From the NCBI RefSeq assembly GCF_000372725.1, contig NW_005201912.1, forward strand, positions 124,001 through 188,000: a stretch of DNA of 64,000 nucleotides, read 5' to 3'. A program made the position numbers and the translations under genes. The DNA is from Emiliania huxleyi CCMP1516. Taxonomy: Eukaryota. This document shows, piece after piece, positions 36,681 through 49,844 of the stretch. Position 1 is the first letter of the stretch; each line of letters starts with the position of its first letter. Under the pieces are notes generated by a model, which searched no databases, was not told the origin of the DNA, and saw only the letters and a list, made by a program, of their open reading frames with translations.

Positions 36681-38593
36681 TCATTGGTCGAAACTTTTGA
36701 GGCTGGTCCCGGCGGCGCCTCGCTTCTGCCTGTTCCACCAAGCCATGTACTCGAGAAAGTTGACGAGCCTACGAGGGACGTACGTACGATGGGGGGCTCC
36801 GAGGCGGCCCTGAGAAGGGCCATACCCAGCCGCGGCATGCTCGCGGGATGATGACCCGTCCCCGTTCGTGTCCGCATCGCGCAGCAGCTCGTCGCCGCAC
36901 GCCGCCGCGAGCTCCTCCGCCGCAACCTGCTCACAGCGTGTGGTGTGAATAGACGCTCCTCTCTCGGATGCCCGCGCAACCCAAGTAGCTGTCGGCCCAG
37001 GCAACCCCCGGGTGCGTGTGATCTAAGTGGGGCGGTGGTCGGCGGGGTGTGCTGGTGGTACCTGCCCGTCGCCGTCGCCGTCGATGCTGTCGAACGAGGC
37101 GCGGCAGACGTCGAGCAGCTCGTCTCTGCTGAGTGCGCCCGACCGGTCCTGGTCGAGGGCGTTGAAGACGAGGCACGCGTCGCCCAAGTAGTAGGCCTGC
37201 AACGGCGGCACGTAGCAGCGCCCCTCGCTCGGGTACCGCACGCTGCCTGTCCATACAAGTCTCGGACATGTCAAGGACGTGTCCTGGACATGTGCAGTGG
37301 CCACCGCACACGCCACCGTCGGGCTCGAGCTCGTATATCAGCGGCAAGCCGTTGGGGAGCCCGAGCGACGGAAGGCTCTCGTCGTCGACGTTCTGCTGCA
37401 CGCACGCCACCAGGGCGCGCAGCCCGTTGGCATGGCCGACGACGAGACAGTTGGAGCCTAATCCCGGGTAATCTTTGGGGTAATCTCGGGTAATCTCGAG
37501 CCGGCGTGGCCGACGAGGCATCTGGAGCCGTCCAGCAGCGCGGGCAGCAGCTCGTTCTCCCAAAACGGGCGCACGCGCGAGACGCAGTCGGCGATCGACT
37601 CGGTGAGGGGCACGTCTTCGTCGCGGAGCGGCTCGCCTGCGCGGCCGGGCTCCGACTAATCTCGGGTAATCTCGGGGACAATCTCGGTCTCGAGCAGCCG
37701 CCTGCACAGTCGGGCTCCGAGAAGGGGTCATGGAGAAGGGGCCATCGACCAAGAGGCGCCTCCTCTCTCAGCGACGAGGGTCGCCGTCGGCGTTGGCAGT
37801 GCGCAGCGCCGCCAGTCTCTCGGGCGAGCGGCTGTAGAAGGGGTGGTCTGCCGCCATCGGAGGCGGCCTGCCGCGCGAGGCAGAGGCGCCGGGTGAGCGG
37901 TGGGAAGCTGGTCAGCCGGGGACCACAGAGGCGGCCTGGGCGGGCTTGCCACATCTAAATCTCACCTCCCGGCAAAGGAGAGGCGCCACTCGCGGAGCGC
38001 GGCTGGGTCGGGCCACTTCTCGAGCGTGTCGCGCTTGTCGAGCCCCTGCAGGGGCAGGGGGGCGGCGAGGACTCGCGGCAGCGCAGAAGGGAGGGTTGCG
38101 TCAGGGATGCGGCTACGCCTGCAGCATCCCATAATGCCGCTCGTTTAGGCGCCACGTCGGCAGGATCGGCGGCGGCGGGCGCCCGTTCCGGCGGAGTGCC
38201 TCGACGCAGAGACCTGCGGTGCGTAGGGCGCGGCCAAGCACGCTGGTGTACACGGTGTCGATGCGAACATCGCCCGCCTCGGTGAGGAGCAGCTCGGCAG
38301 CGGTGCGCGCCTCCTCCTCGCCTCGGGGCGTGAGCGGGACGTCCTCCCTGCGGAACGGCGCCGTGGTAAGCCAATAAGGTTACTTCCCCCTGGATTGGCA
38401 GGTGGCGGATTGGCGGTGTAGGCAGAGTGTCTCGGAGACAGTGCTCTCACCAACCAGTGAAGCGTCCAGCAGCGTTCCACGCGGACTCGCCGTGACGGAG
38501 AAGGACGAGGCGGCCGGGCGTGGTCAGAGCTGCTGCTGTGGATGCCGCGAGCTGAGCCAGGATGAGGAGCGATCGGCTCCGCACTGCGCCCAT
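36681..38593 (-). CDS. Cofactor-dependent phosphoglycerate mutase-like histidine phosphatase with signal peptide and C-terminal EF-hands
   Basis: LVLLRHGESAWNAAGRFTGW|DVPLT, VYTSVL, RLNERHYG, ESIADC..RV.PFW and LVVGHANGLRAL. EF-hand loops DQDRSGALSRDE, DGDGDGQV and DTNGDG. Confidence 0.88.
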
Positions 38594-39223
38594 GAGGATG
38601 AAGCGCTGGCGGTGGCGCACGGGTTGTCTGGCCGCGGGGGCAGAGGCCGGAGGGCTTTCGCCTCGAACGGCAAGGCGGCGACGGCTTCCTCTCGAAGAGA
38701 ATTTCACGCTCCCACTCCGCCGCCATCTCCGCCGCCATCGTCACCGCCGACGCCCTCACCATTCAGAACTCGGCCGCCGCCCTCGGCTTCGAGCTCACCC
38801 TCGACCCTCGCGATCTCGCCCGGCGCTCGTCGGGTCGGCCGCCATTGCGGTCGGCGCCACCGCCTCCTCCCGCCCCCCCGGCCCGCGGCCACCGCCGCGC
38901 GGCTGCCGACGCGACCGACCCCACCCCCCTTCCCCGACCCCGCCCTTGATGGCCCCGCCAGCGAGGCCCGCGCCGCGCGCGGCACCACCACCGACTCTAC
39001 CTCCGACCCCAGGGCCTAGGCGGCCCGCCATGAAATCTAGCCGTGTGTGCTGGCGTCCGGGTCCCAGCGGGTTTTCACGTAACAAGTACACACGGGACTG
39101 GCACTACAAAGGAACAGAGGGATTAGATCTATCAACAAGGCTTCTCGCTTTTTTTAATTAAGCGCAACAAACTCGATGGCGCACTTGGCAATTTCGGAAG
39201 TTGGGCTTTGATCCGACTTCGCC

Positions 39224-40767
39224 ATGCGCCGGCAGCAAGCGCCAAGCGCATCCGAGCCGATCTATTTTATGCTAGCCTTTGACAAGACAGGCCCGCAATC
39301 CCTTCCCCGCCAAGAGCGCTCGACACCCTCGCATCACAATGCTGAGCGTTGCCTCAGGGTCGACGACGCTCCGGCACATCTTTGCAGCCCGTGAGCGCAC
39401 CTTTGGCTGGCCCTCCTATGGCGATTACGGTGAGAAGATTGCACGCCATGCAACCAGATAGCACGAGACGTTCCGTAGAAAGGAGGGCACCCGCATAGTC
39501 AAAAAGGAGCGTGGCGTATTGTTGCAGGCGACATGCCGTGCGAGTACATGCCCAAGGACTGGCGGCCGGGACCGCCGTACGACTGCGCTATGCTCGAGGA
39601 CCCGGCGCTGCTGCAGCGTCGATTCTCGGATGGGCGCGCGCCCGGGCACCCACAACCTCGCACCATCCCAGTCTCAGCTCGCACCGCACTGCGCGCAGGC
39701 ATTGCTGCACGACAGTGCCGGGGCGGGATGTTGTGATGGGCTACTGCTCGCACGCCTCGTGCGTGCGGCCGCGCTTCTGCGAGCGCAACTGGTTTCGCCC
39801 GTGCCGTCAGTTTACGCTGCTGCGCCACCCGATCTCGCGCCTCCTCTCCGCCTACTCGTACTTTTGCCGCAGCTGTGAGGAGGGTGGCCGGCAATGCGGC
39901 AAGGCAAGCCCATCCTCGCACCAAAGCAGATCGCGCCCATCGCAACACCCCTCTCCGCTCGGCCATCAAAGGTGGACCCGGAGCGGCTGACGTGCCCAAA
40001 TATGTCCATGGTCGAATACGCGCGGTATTTCGGTCGCCAAGCGCCAACGGGGACGCGCGGCTCTGCCTCTCGCCGCAAAGGCGGACCGCTCTCTTGAGAT
40101 AGGCAACTACTACCTGCGGGCCCTCGCTTCGCCCGAGGGTTGGAACGGACGAGGGTGGCTCCAGAGCTGCGCGGCGTGGCGTGAGGCCTCCGCCTGTTCC
40201 CGCGAGTGACAGACGCCGCACGCAACGCAACCCACACAGCAGCGGCCCGCTCGAGACAGGCGGACGCTTGGCTTGCGGACGAGCAGACTCTCGTGCTGCT
40301 GACCGAGGTTGACCTGCACGATACTTACCCTTTGGCGCGGCTCGGCGAGCAGGAGACGGTGGTTACGCAAGGCGTGCCCACGCACCCTGACAGCTCGTGC
40401 CTCATTATGCCAGGCGAGTGGATGGGCGACCCGTGGCTGCGGCTGCAAAAGCACGTGGTTGCAAACGCGCACAGGCCGCGCCTCAGCTCCCAGACGCTGT
40501 CTGCTCGCACCAGATCAACGGTTTCCCTTGTGCGGCAGGCATGAGGACGCACGCGTCTCGCCAGAGGTCGTCGCCCGCCTGCGGCCAATCGCCTCACCTC
40601 GCCCCCCACCCCCCCTTCCACACGCTCCACTGCATTCCCCCTTCCCCGAGCAGATCTTCGACATCGTCGCGGCTGACCTCTGGCTGTACCATCGCGCCCT
40701 GAAGCGCCGGTTCGGTGTCTTCTTCAAGGAGGAGGAGCCCGGCGATCCACATGGATGCGTGCCCTAA
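39224..40767 (+). CDS. Sulfotransferase-like protein (multi-exon)
   Basis: Splicing a GC-AG intron (39291-39357) gives the 5'-PSB-like DKTGSTTLRHIF. 3'-PB motif FTLLRHPISRLLSAYSY; C-terminal DLWLY. Confidence 0.75.
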
Positions 40768-41603
40768 CATACTGCTGGCCCACACGCCCTCCCCGCCCAT
40801 TCCTCTTTTCGACTTCACACAGTTCTCTCTCTACAGGTTCAGCTCTCCCGAATCGTAGCGAGTCGTACATGTTAGCGTCTCTAGCGAGGGAGCAACGGTG
40901 AAATCTGAAAACAGAATCTCTCCGGACTCCGCGCTCCACACACAAGAGTCCGCTAAGAACTGCGAAATCTGGCATCGCTCTCACTCAGACTCTCTCTCTC
41001 ACTTGCACACAGCACACCTGTTGCAGTTTAACCAGCTTCTTTCTCTTTTCACGTTGCCTCGCGTTTTGACAAATTGAATTATTCAATAAAACCTTATTTT
41101 TCGCTGCGGCGATGGATACTCAACGAAAATGGACTCTGCGAGAGTGCTCCCCGCCTCGCTGGGGAGCACACCACTCTCTACCTCTCTGTTAGGACAGGCG
41201 GCAGACGCACACAATGAGTGAAGAATCACAGACACAGTCAAGTGGGAGAGGCACGTAAGACGGCAGCGTCAGTCGACAGTGCAGCGACGCCCGCGGGAGC
41301 CGGTCATTGGTCGGGCGCGTCGCTAGTAGACACAGCAGTGCTCTCCCCCCCCCCCCCCTTCCTCCCCCATCCGTTTCATCCATTTCCCTGCGCAGGCCCG
41401 GCTCCCAGCGAGCCGCGAGCCCACGCTCCACATTCCGCATGCTCAGCGGCCGGCGAGGTCGGCGCGTCGAGTGCGCACTATGCTAGTGCCCGGTGCACCC
41501 ATTCCGACCGCCCATCGCACCCACAGCGCAGCCAGGGTGGCGACGGCGCCCTCGGGCCCACCACGGGCGGCGCGCCTCGGCGCCCTCCTCTCCTCTCCGC
41601 ATC

Positions 41604-43351
41604 TCACCGCGAGTCAAACTCGGACAGGATGTCGTTGAGCTCGTCCTTCCCGCCTGCGGGAAGGGTTCGGGCGGGCAGGGCTTCGGACGACGAGGGTTGA
41701 CAAGTGCGAGGGCAGAGGCAGGGTCGGCTGCGGGGGAGGGGAGGCGGGGCGGAGCGGCGCGCCCTGGTCGAGGATCGAGCCGAGGGAGAGCTCGGAGACG
41801 TTCTTGTCGCGGAGCTGGGAGGCGGAGCGGCGGAAGTTGAGGCCGAGGTCGGTCATCGAGGTGGCCTTGAGCACCGACTCGAGGTTGAAGTTCGAGCTGA
41901 GCGAGCTCGCCAACGGCAGCCCCGACATCCGGAAGGAGGCGCTGTCACCGAGCGGCAACCCCGCGCCGAGCCTCCCCTCGTGCGCATCCGCCAGCTGCTG
42001 CTCGAGCGCCGAGAGAGAGCCCATCGCACCGAGCTCCGCGAGCGGCGGGATACCGCTCTCGTCCTGAGCACCACCGACCCTCGCCGCAGCAGGCATGTCC
42101 CACGCCGCCGCAAGGTCGGGGTCCACGCTCTCCTCCGCGCCGCCGTCGAGCTTGCGCCGCTTCTGCCGCGACGCGGCCCCACCCCCGCCCTCCTCTCTCG
42201 GCGGAGCGCCTGGCAGCCTCGTCACCTGAGAGCGGGGACCGAAAAGCGCTTAGGGGGGGGGGGGGGGAGAGCTGACTACGTGTGTCTCGGAGGTGTCGGA
42301 GGTGTCTCGGGGGTGTCTCGGAGGTGTCTCGTGCCTCAGCGAGCTGCTGCAGCGCCTCGCGCGGCGACACCCACTCGACCCGCCCGTCCTTCCACCTGAG
42401 GAATGGTACGGCGAGGTGAGGCGTCTCCACACGCGAGTGCGGGCAAGGGCCGGCCCTCCCCCCCGCGTCTCTGCGTCCCAAAGAGGCGGCAGTGAGAGTG
42501 CGAGAGGGCCCTGTGCACCTCGGCAGCAGCTGCGAGCTCTTGAGGAGGGGCTCGACGTAGAGGGCCTGGCACAGCCCCGGAGCCTGCGCACGCGCGGCGG
42601 CGGGCTGCGCTCAGCTCGAGCCAAACAGGAGAGGGCGTTCGTGGCCGCGGGCAGGGGTGGGGAGGCGGTGCAGCGGTGGTGTCGCAGGCTCGAGGCGCGT
42701 TTGGCAGGCGCCGCCGCGCCGCGGGCGCCCTCTCTCGGGGAGGTGGCGAGCCTGCGTGTTGGCCTGCTGCGAGGCGCCGGCCGCCGAGTTGTGGTCCACC
42801 GCGTCGCGGTAGTCCTTGAGGTACGCCCACATCCGGCACAGCGCGCAGCCCTGCGCTTGCGCGGCAGTGCAGCTGCTGACGTGCGCGTGCAGGCGCTCGA
42901 GCTTGGCGGTGAGCGGGACGCAGCCGGGGACGGGGCAGGAGGGCGTGCGGCAGTGGAAGCAGTGGATCAGCGACGCGCGGAAGTCCTCCTTGTCCAGGCT
43001 GTCGATCAGCGGCAGCAGCTCCGCAGGGAGGGAGCCGCTCCCCCCCGCCTCGCTTCCGGAGGCTGAGGGGGAGGAGGAGTCGGCGCCGGAGGAGAGGGCG
43101 GGCGCGGGGACGGGCGCCGTGGCGGAGCGCTCGATGAGCGCGTTGACCGCCGCGGTCAGCTGCTGCCTCGTGGCCAACTCGCCCATCCGCCGCTTGACGG
43201 CGGCCTGCTCCTTTGGGTTGTCGCGCGCCTGCGCAACGAGCCGATCGAGCTCGGGCGCCTTGTCGGCGGACACGTGGTTCTTGAGCTCGTCGATCAGCGC
43301 AGGCAGCGTCACGGTGACCGTTGTCGCCCCAGAGGGGCCGGGAGCAGGCAT
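41604..43351 (-). CDS. TAZ zinc-finger protein with RST-like N-terminal helical domain
   Basis: LIHCFHC...CPVPGC...LHAHVSSC...CALC. The 3' exons are inferred and end ...DELNDILSEFDSR*. Confidence 0.75.
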
Positions 43352-44128
43352 GAGGACGGAGCGAGAAGCTTGTCGCGGACTCCGGATGCAGCGAAAAGTT
43401 GTTTCTTTTTTGTTTCTCCATGGACGGCCCACACGCACACACACGCTGCACACGAGTGGCTCGGGAGCCGACACGAGGCACACTGTCACCGGCCGTAGCA
43501 CCGGGTCCGGACTGCTGGACAGGTGCGGCGGGAGGGCCTAAAAGGAATCTCCGACGGCAGCGCCGAGCCGTTCGACGGCGAGCCGTCTGACAAACGGCCG
43601 CCGAGGCGAGGGCGAAGGTGATTGTGATCCTCCCCCGCCCGACCGCCCTAGGCATCGTGCTCGCGACGGGCTACCAACTCTTCTCGGGCCACCGCCACTT
43701 TCTGGACGCCGCGTCGCTGCGACGGCTCGGCACCGGCAAGGAGGCGATCAAGACGGGCTCCGTGGTGCCGGGATGCGAGCTGCGCCTGCCCAACGTGTGG
43801 GCCCTCTTCGGCCGGCTGCAGATGATCCGCGACGCCGCGCCCGCGCGCTCGGCCGCAGCCATCGCGCGGCGCGTCCACGGGGGATCGCGGTGGCGCGGGG
43901 CTGCGAGCTGGGTCTGGTGGGTTGTCGAGCACGTGCTGATTGCTTGGGCGGTTCTTGCCGCCAGGCGGAGCCTGAAAGTAATAGGCGCGACAGCTGCGTT
44001 GAAATACGTCAGTACACGGTGTCGATATCTAACTTACGATATCTAGCGTTTTCTAGCTGTGTCGAGAGATCGAGGGTTTGTAGTCGAAGTTTCATTAATA
44101 ATGATGGCTAACAAAAACATTTCCACAT

Positions 44129-44650
44129 TCATTGACAGCGCCCCGGCCCGCGGCCCGGCACCTCGACAGGGGGCCGGGTCGGAATGGGCGCGGCCGCCTT
44201 GTGCGCTGGGGCGGGCGGGCGCTCTGCCTCTGGCGCGGCTGCTCGCTCGGCTCTCAGTTGCTCACGCGCACGCTGCTTTTGGACTGCTTCGCGGCCGAAG
44301 TTAAGAATTGAATCGTGGCAGCCGCCGCTCGCCACAGCTTCGAAGATTTTGCTCATCGTGGCCCTCAGCTCTGGAGTGTTGAAGTCGTCGTCAAGGCCGA
44401 ACGCCGCCATGCCAGCCTTGAGCACTGCGATGCGCTCGTCCGAGGTCATGTCTTTCTGGTCCTTGTCCAAATCTTTGGGAAGTGCTTCATTGTCAGTCGC
44501 ATTTGGCGGCAACACACCTAACCTGCGGTCATTATCTGGGTTTGCCGACACGCACTGCTTGCATCGCGCCGCGCCACTCTTGCGCTTCAGCTGCGACCCA
44601 CTGAAGCAGTCGCGCGGCAGGTTCTCGTCGCATTCGGCGCACAGCGGCAT
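44129..44650 (-). CDS. Small protein with Stc1-like zinc-binding motif
   Basis: MPLCAECDENLPRDCFSGSQLKRKSGAARCKQCV; the 3' end is uncertain. Confidence 0.6.
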   Translation of the reverse strand: MPLCAECDENLPRDCFSGSQLKRKSGAARCKQCVSANPDNDRRLGVLPPNATDNEALPKDLDKDQKDMTSDERIAVLKAGMAAFGLDDDFNTPELRATMSKIFEAVASGGCHDSILNFGREAVQKQRAREQLRAERAAAPEAERPPAPAHKAAAPIPTRPPVEVPGRGPGRCQ

Positions 44651-47042
44651 GTATGTTTTTTGCGCGCGGTGTTCGGCGGCGCGCGGTGTTCGCGCGCGTG
44701 GCCGGGGAGGGAAGAGGTGAACAAAGGTTGAAGAATTCATACGGGGGTGGTTGAGGGGTTGAGGGTTGAGGCCCCCCCTCAACCATCTGGTTGAAGGTTG
44801 AGACCCCCCGTCAACCCTTTAGTTGGGGGTTGAGGCCTCCAGGGCCTATTCACAGGCTCGCGCGTGATCACAAGATAAACTGGAACAGCCCCTGCCCGCT
44901 GCCGCCAAAAAATCGCTTCGCCTGCGGCGCGCTCCTGCGCTCCTCTTTCCTCGAGCGCAATCCATAAGTAGGAGACGCTCACTGTCGCCATTCAGGCGCC
45001 TGATCTTTCAGCAAAGCGATGGCCTACCTGGTACGAGTTCAGATGCGCGCCCGGCAGAAGACGCGTGTGATGCCGCATGCAGTGGAATGCGCACAGAGAA
45101 CGGACGGCAAGAGAAGGCAAGGGAAGGAAGAGAAACGGCTGGTGAAGCTCAGTTCACGGCGTAGTATTGCGGTCACTAACCATCCACGGCAAGAGTCACG
45201 GGTGAATGCTGCCGCATAAAGCAACAGAGTGTCGCGCGGTTTTGGCGCGATGGTCTTGTCGCGGTTCACGACTTGACGCTGCACACGGTCATAGACGCAG
45301 GATCTATTTGGCGAGTCTCAAGCAGCAAAAGTAGGCGCGGGAAATTAATGTCGATCCTGAGATCTCAATTTTGGCGCTAGTTTTCGTTTTCTGGTACATC
45401 ACGACGACTTGCTTGGGTCTCATGTAGCTCGACGGCTCTTCGACGGCTCTTTCTGGTTGGATCAGACAGTGCTAATCAGTCAACAACGCAATGCCGAGAG
45501 CAGGGCGGCCCTAGTGCTTAGAGCAGGGCGGCCTTCGAGGAGGGTCAACTAAGCTCCTGCTGCATATATATCGAGCATGGAAGGCGGCCATTGCTCAAAC
45601 CTGTTCGAGTTGGCCTCCGGGAACAAGGGTGCGTGGCCGGCGCGGTCTGTTTCACGTGCAATAAGGGCAACGCCATCAAAATCGCGAACATGGGCCACGA
45701 CATGCCTCCGACATTTCTCAGGGCTCGGACGGAAGCTCTGCAGACAGCCAGACCGCTCTGGGCCTCTGCGCGGTCGGACCGACTTTTTCAGACTTCACTA
45801 TTCTGGATACTGAGGGTATGTGCTGCTAGATCTCACTGAGCTGAGCTCCGTATCTGCCTTTTGGTAAGCAGTTTTGAGTTCGGTAATGTCTCTGGAGACG
45901 GAGGGCCGCGTCCGCGGACGGCCATGACTCGGCCGGGACCGCCCCGTGGGGGCCTTCGATGGCTGTCAGCGCTCCTCCGGGCTTTGCATCACACCTCCCA
46001 TTCACGCACGTAGGTCGTAGCTGAAGCAAGTACTCGTAAAACCCATACTACCTCCAGTATCGTAGTCTTTGTTAGTATCGAGGTCTCGCGAGTTTTGGGG
46101 GTTCTCGGCGCCGCGACAGCGCTGCGAGCCGCGCGATGCCACGGCGCTCGGCCTGCTGAGAGAAGAGCTTCCCGGACGGCAGTGACAAGTTACCCGACAT
46201 CAATCGTCGACGGCAACCTCGAGAACTGCGCCTCCAAAGTCGCCCAGATTCGCCTCTCGCGGCGCGCTGAGTTAGTATCGCCGGTGCGCCAGCAGGCTCT
46301 GCTCCACAGCAGGGCATGCCCGACTGGCTCCTGCTAGCCGTGCGTCCTGGTGGCATCCATTGCCAGCTCAGGTAGCCTCAGGAGGTCGCCTCGCGCACGA
46401 CGCGGCGTCGCACAGCACCGCTCAGCGTTACTACCGAGTTAGTATCGTCGACCCACAGAGACTGCTCTTCTGTAGGTGGAGCCGACAAACGCCGGCCGGG
46501 TCGGCGCCGCCGCCCCCATCGCCGCCGCCGGGGCGGCGGCGGCCTCGGCGGACCATCCGGCGCGCCGCGCGCCCGTCGGGGAGGTGTTCACCACCCCTGG
46601 CTCCTCACCCCGCCACGCCTTCGTGCGGACGCCGTGGCACCCACCTCAGGCGCCGCTCGGACTCGGTTGACGGCCACCCAAGTGCTTGGCTCATGCCAAG
46701 CCGACCGGCAGGCGATTCCCACTCACTGCTAGGCTAATCTCGGGCTGTCCGGCGTCAGTGTGGTGCCGTGAGGGGCGCCGCCCCCAAAACTACGATCGTT
46801 AGTACCGTGCGGGGGCAGTGCATTTAATTCTGTCAAAAATCCAAATCTGCTCCGTGGCGCTTATTGGGCTAGGATCATACGTCCGGGAGGCCCCCCATGC
46901 GTGCCGTAACGATCGACAGCGATCTGGCTACTCTGTTCACGTTCACACCTCGTAAACCCCCCATAACCCCGATACAGGAGGTAGTCTAGTGCGCAGAGTA
47001 GGAATAGGCTGAGAGGCGGCCACCCATACCCGGGTACCAAAA

Positions 47043-48202
47043 ATGGCGGCCCAACTATCTCACTACGACCTCTTCGAACAGCTCGAGTGCGCGCGCCGCC
47101 CTGCCGCCCACTCTTCGAGCAGCTCGAGTGCGCGCGCCGCCCTGCCGCCCACTCTTCGAGCAGCTCGAGTGCGCGCGCCGCCCTGCCGCCCACCGTGCTG
47201 ACACTCTGACCCTCCTCTGCTGGCGCCAGGCTGCCTCAGTGCGAGTGCCTAAACGCCGCAAAGGATCACACGCTTCGGTCTGCTCTCACACCTTCCGACG
47301 AGGGATTCCTGCAGAGCGACGCGGACGAGGAGCTGCTAATCTCGCTCAGATTCATGCAGGCGTGCGCCGAGGCGGCCTCCTCGTCGCTTCACCCTACATA
47401 TGCTGACCCGCTCTCCCGCACCTCAGGCGGTGCGGCTCTCGGCCATCGTCGTCGCCGGACCCGCCGCGAGCGCGCCCTCCGAGCTGCGCATCTTTGCCAA
47501 CCCGCCTGTGAGCGACTCCCCTCCTATCACGACACCGTACCGAAGCCCGAGTGCTGCGGGCCGGTCTGCCGCTGCGTGCCACCCTCATGCCAGCGGCTGC
47601 CCACGCCGTGCCGGCAGGCGCCGCTCGACTTTGACAGCGGCAGGTCAAACGCGCCGACCCAGACGCTGCCCCTCACGCCGGCGGACGTCGCGCGCGAAGG
47701 GCGGCCCGTCGAGCTCCGCTTTGTCCACTTTCAGGTTGGATCACCCGCCTTCCACTGACCGCCGCTCGCGACGCACGGAGCGACGGACCGCAATATACCA
47801 GGGCGCCGCAGCGAGCATTGCGGCGCCCTATCGTACGGTCCCACAGCACGAGAGCTGCGATCTCAGAGCGGCGCCCTGTCAGCTCCGCGGGCGTCGCCCA
47901 CACTCGCAGCGACAGGAGGCTCTCCCCACACCCCACGCCCCTGGCCCAGACTGCCTCTCGCCGCTGGTCCACTCCCGAGTGTCGTGTGGAGGCTCGCAAC
48001 CCTCCCTGGACTTGCCGCTCAGACGGTGCGCGAGCTCACCATTTTCGTGCCCGGCAACATGGGCAACGAGGAGGAGACGGTCATCGCGCGGCTGCGTCTG
48101 ATCGGGCTGCCGGTCGAGCAGACCGGCGCGAAGCGCTCCGAGGCGGAGCAGGCGGCCGCGAGCAAGGCGGACTGGCTGGGCAGCGGCATCCGCGGCGCGT
48201 GA
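47043..48202 (+). CDS. PITH-domain protein (PITHD1/TXNL1 C-terminal-like), multi-exon
   Basis: CECLN, FLQSDADEELLISLRF, APSELRIFAN, LRFVHFQ|TVRELTIFVPGNMGNEEETVI. Confidence 0.88.
47070..47192. repeat. 41-bp tandem repeat x3 spanning the first exon-intron junction
   Basis: CTCTTCGAGCAGCTCGAGTGCGCGCGCCGCCCTGCCGCCCA x3. Confidence 0.95.
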
Positions 48203-48308
48203 GCGGGGCAGGCTCGGCCTCCTTCTGGTGGCGCTCTCCAGGAAGCGGACAGCTTCCTGAGCGCAAAGGAAGGGACAGCTTCGGTATGGCGCTTAGCGTC
48301 GATTGGAG

Positions 48309-48750
48309 AAATAAATAAATAAAACGGACACCTCTACTGTGAGATGGGTAAAAAGGAACAGGTCCCCGCCCTGCGGTCTTTGTGCAGGGTTCTTTGTGGG
48401 TGTGGTCGGCGACTAGCCGGGGTCGTCCTCCCGCGATGGGGGACTAGCACTAGCCGTCTTCCACATGGTCCCTCGGGTTCCTGCTGCTCCTAATCTCTTC
48501 GTACATCCTCCTGCTGATCTCCGCAACGTCCTGCTCCCTCCCTCGTCTCGCCCTGCGCGACTGCTCCGCCTCACCGTCGTCTGCCCAGGGCGTCGTCTGG
48601 TGACGGGTCCTCCATATACGTAGTCGGTTGAGGTCGCCGCCCTCCTCGTGCCTCTTCCCAACGTTCCCTCGGCGGTCGATGCCGTCTGCTCCGGCTCCCC
48701 AGTCCCCGGCTCTGCCCTGCTCTCGTCTGCGCTAGTTTCTGCTTCGTCCT
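48309..48750 (-). mobile_element. Family M3 5'-truncated retroposon, copy 1, (TTTA)n tail
   Basis: 48311-48399 matches 49845-49935 inverted. The minus strand carries an ORF-end-like VAEISRRMYEEIRSSR...DDPG* resembling the family M ORF end. Confidence 0.7.
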
Positions 48751-48761
48751 CACCGGCGCCC

Positions 48762-49191
48762 TTGGAGCACTTGGAGTGCAGTCATCAACCGCACATCCAG
48801 GGCCGGGGAGCTCAGAAGCGCACCCAGCGGGCCGGATGATTGGCATCGGGTTGCGGGCAAGAGAGCCCTAGCCCCGGGGGTGCGCGGTCGCAGGGCCATA
48901 ACACGTCTCCGAGGGATGGTTCCGTGTACCGGGTTACCCCTTAACTGCAGAACGCACCCTCTTCCTCGACCGTGGGGGGGGGTGCGCGTTCGCAGGGCCA
49001 TAACACGGGTCTCCGAGGGTTGGTTCTGCGCTCCGGGGTTCCCCCAGCGGCGGAATTTTTCCCTCGCGCTGTGGGTCCCCCTAGCTGCGGAACGCCCCCT
49101 CTACTCGGAGCTAAAGAATACTCTCCGAGGGTTAGCCCCGCGTACCAGGTTTCCCCTTAACTGCAAGGACGCCCCCTCTACTCGGAGCTAG
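48762..49191 (-). repeat. Dispersed repeat A, copy 2, with internal monomer duplications
   Basis: Inverted homolog of 22728-22965; TAGCTCCGAGTAGAGGGGGCG and CCCTCGGAGAC...GTTATGGCCCTGCGA each occur twice. Confidence 0.85.
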
Positions 49192-49364
49192 TGATACGTG
49201 ATACGGGAATACGTACCGCCCCCACGCAGTACCTACACTAATCGACGAGAATACAAGAATACGCAGCTGCGAGACGCCTTACTCGAAGATAATACGAGAA
49301 TACGTAGCTGCAAGGCACCTGTCGAGCAGCTTCCGCGGCGAGCAGCTTACTTGAGGCGGCGAGG

Positions 49365-49815
49365 GTGGAGGCGAAGGCGAGGGAGGAGGCGGCGAGGGAG
49401 GAGACGGCAAGGGAGGAGGCGGCGAGCGAGGAGGAAGCGAGGGAGGAGGCGGCGAGGGGGGGGGGCGGCGAGGGAGGAGGTGGCAAGGGAGGAGGCGGCA
49501 AGGGGAAAGGCGGCGAGGGAGGTGGCGGCGAGGGAGGAGGCGGCGAGGGAGGAGGAGGTAGAGGAGGCGGCGAGGGGGGAGGAGACGAGAGAGGAGGAAG
49601 CGAGGGAGGAGGCGGCGGGGAAGGAGGCGAGAGGGGAGGCGGTGAGGGAGGAGGCGGCAAGGGATGAGGCGGCAAGGGAGGAAGCGGCGAGGGAGGAGAT
49701 GGCGAGGGAGGGGGCGGCGAGGACGGCAAGGGATGAGGCGGCGAAGGAGGAGGCGGCGAGGGAGGAGGCGGCAAGGGGAGAAACGGCGAGGGAGGAGGTG
49801 GCGAGGGAGGGGGTG
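49365..49815. repeat. 15-bp purine-rich minisatellite (GGCGAGGGAGGAGGC)n
   Basis: Degenerate array of about 30 units. Confidence 0.9.
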
Positions 49816-49844
49816 GCGACGTCGCCCGCGCCTTGCCTGTACGC

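Noticed and set aside
43618..44046. Standalone 142-aa gene
   Set aside because: No ATG start, no recognisable domain and no supported upstream exon; possibly a fragment.
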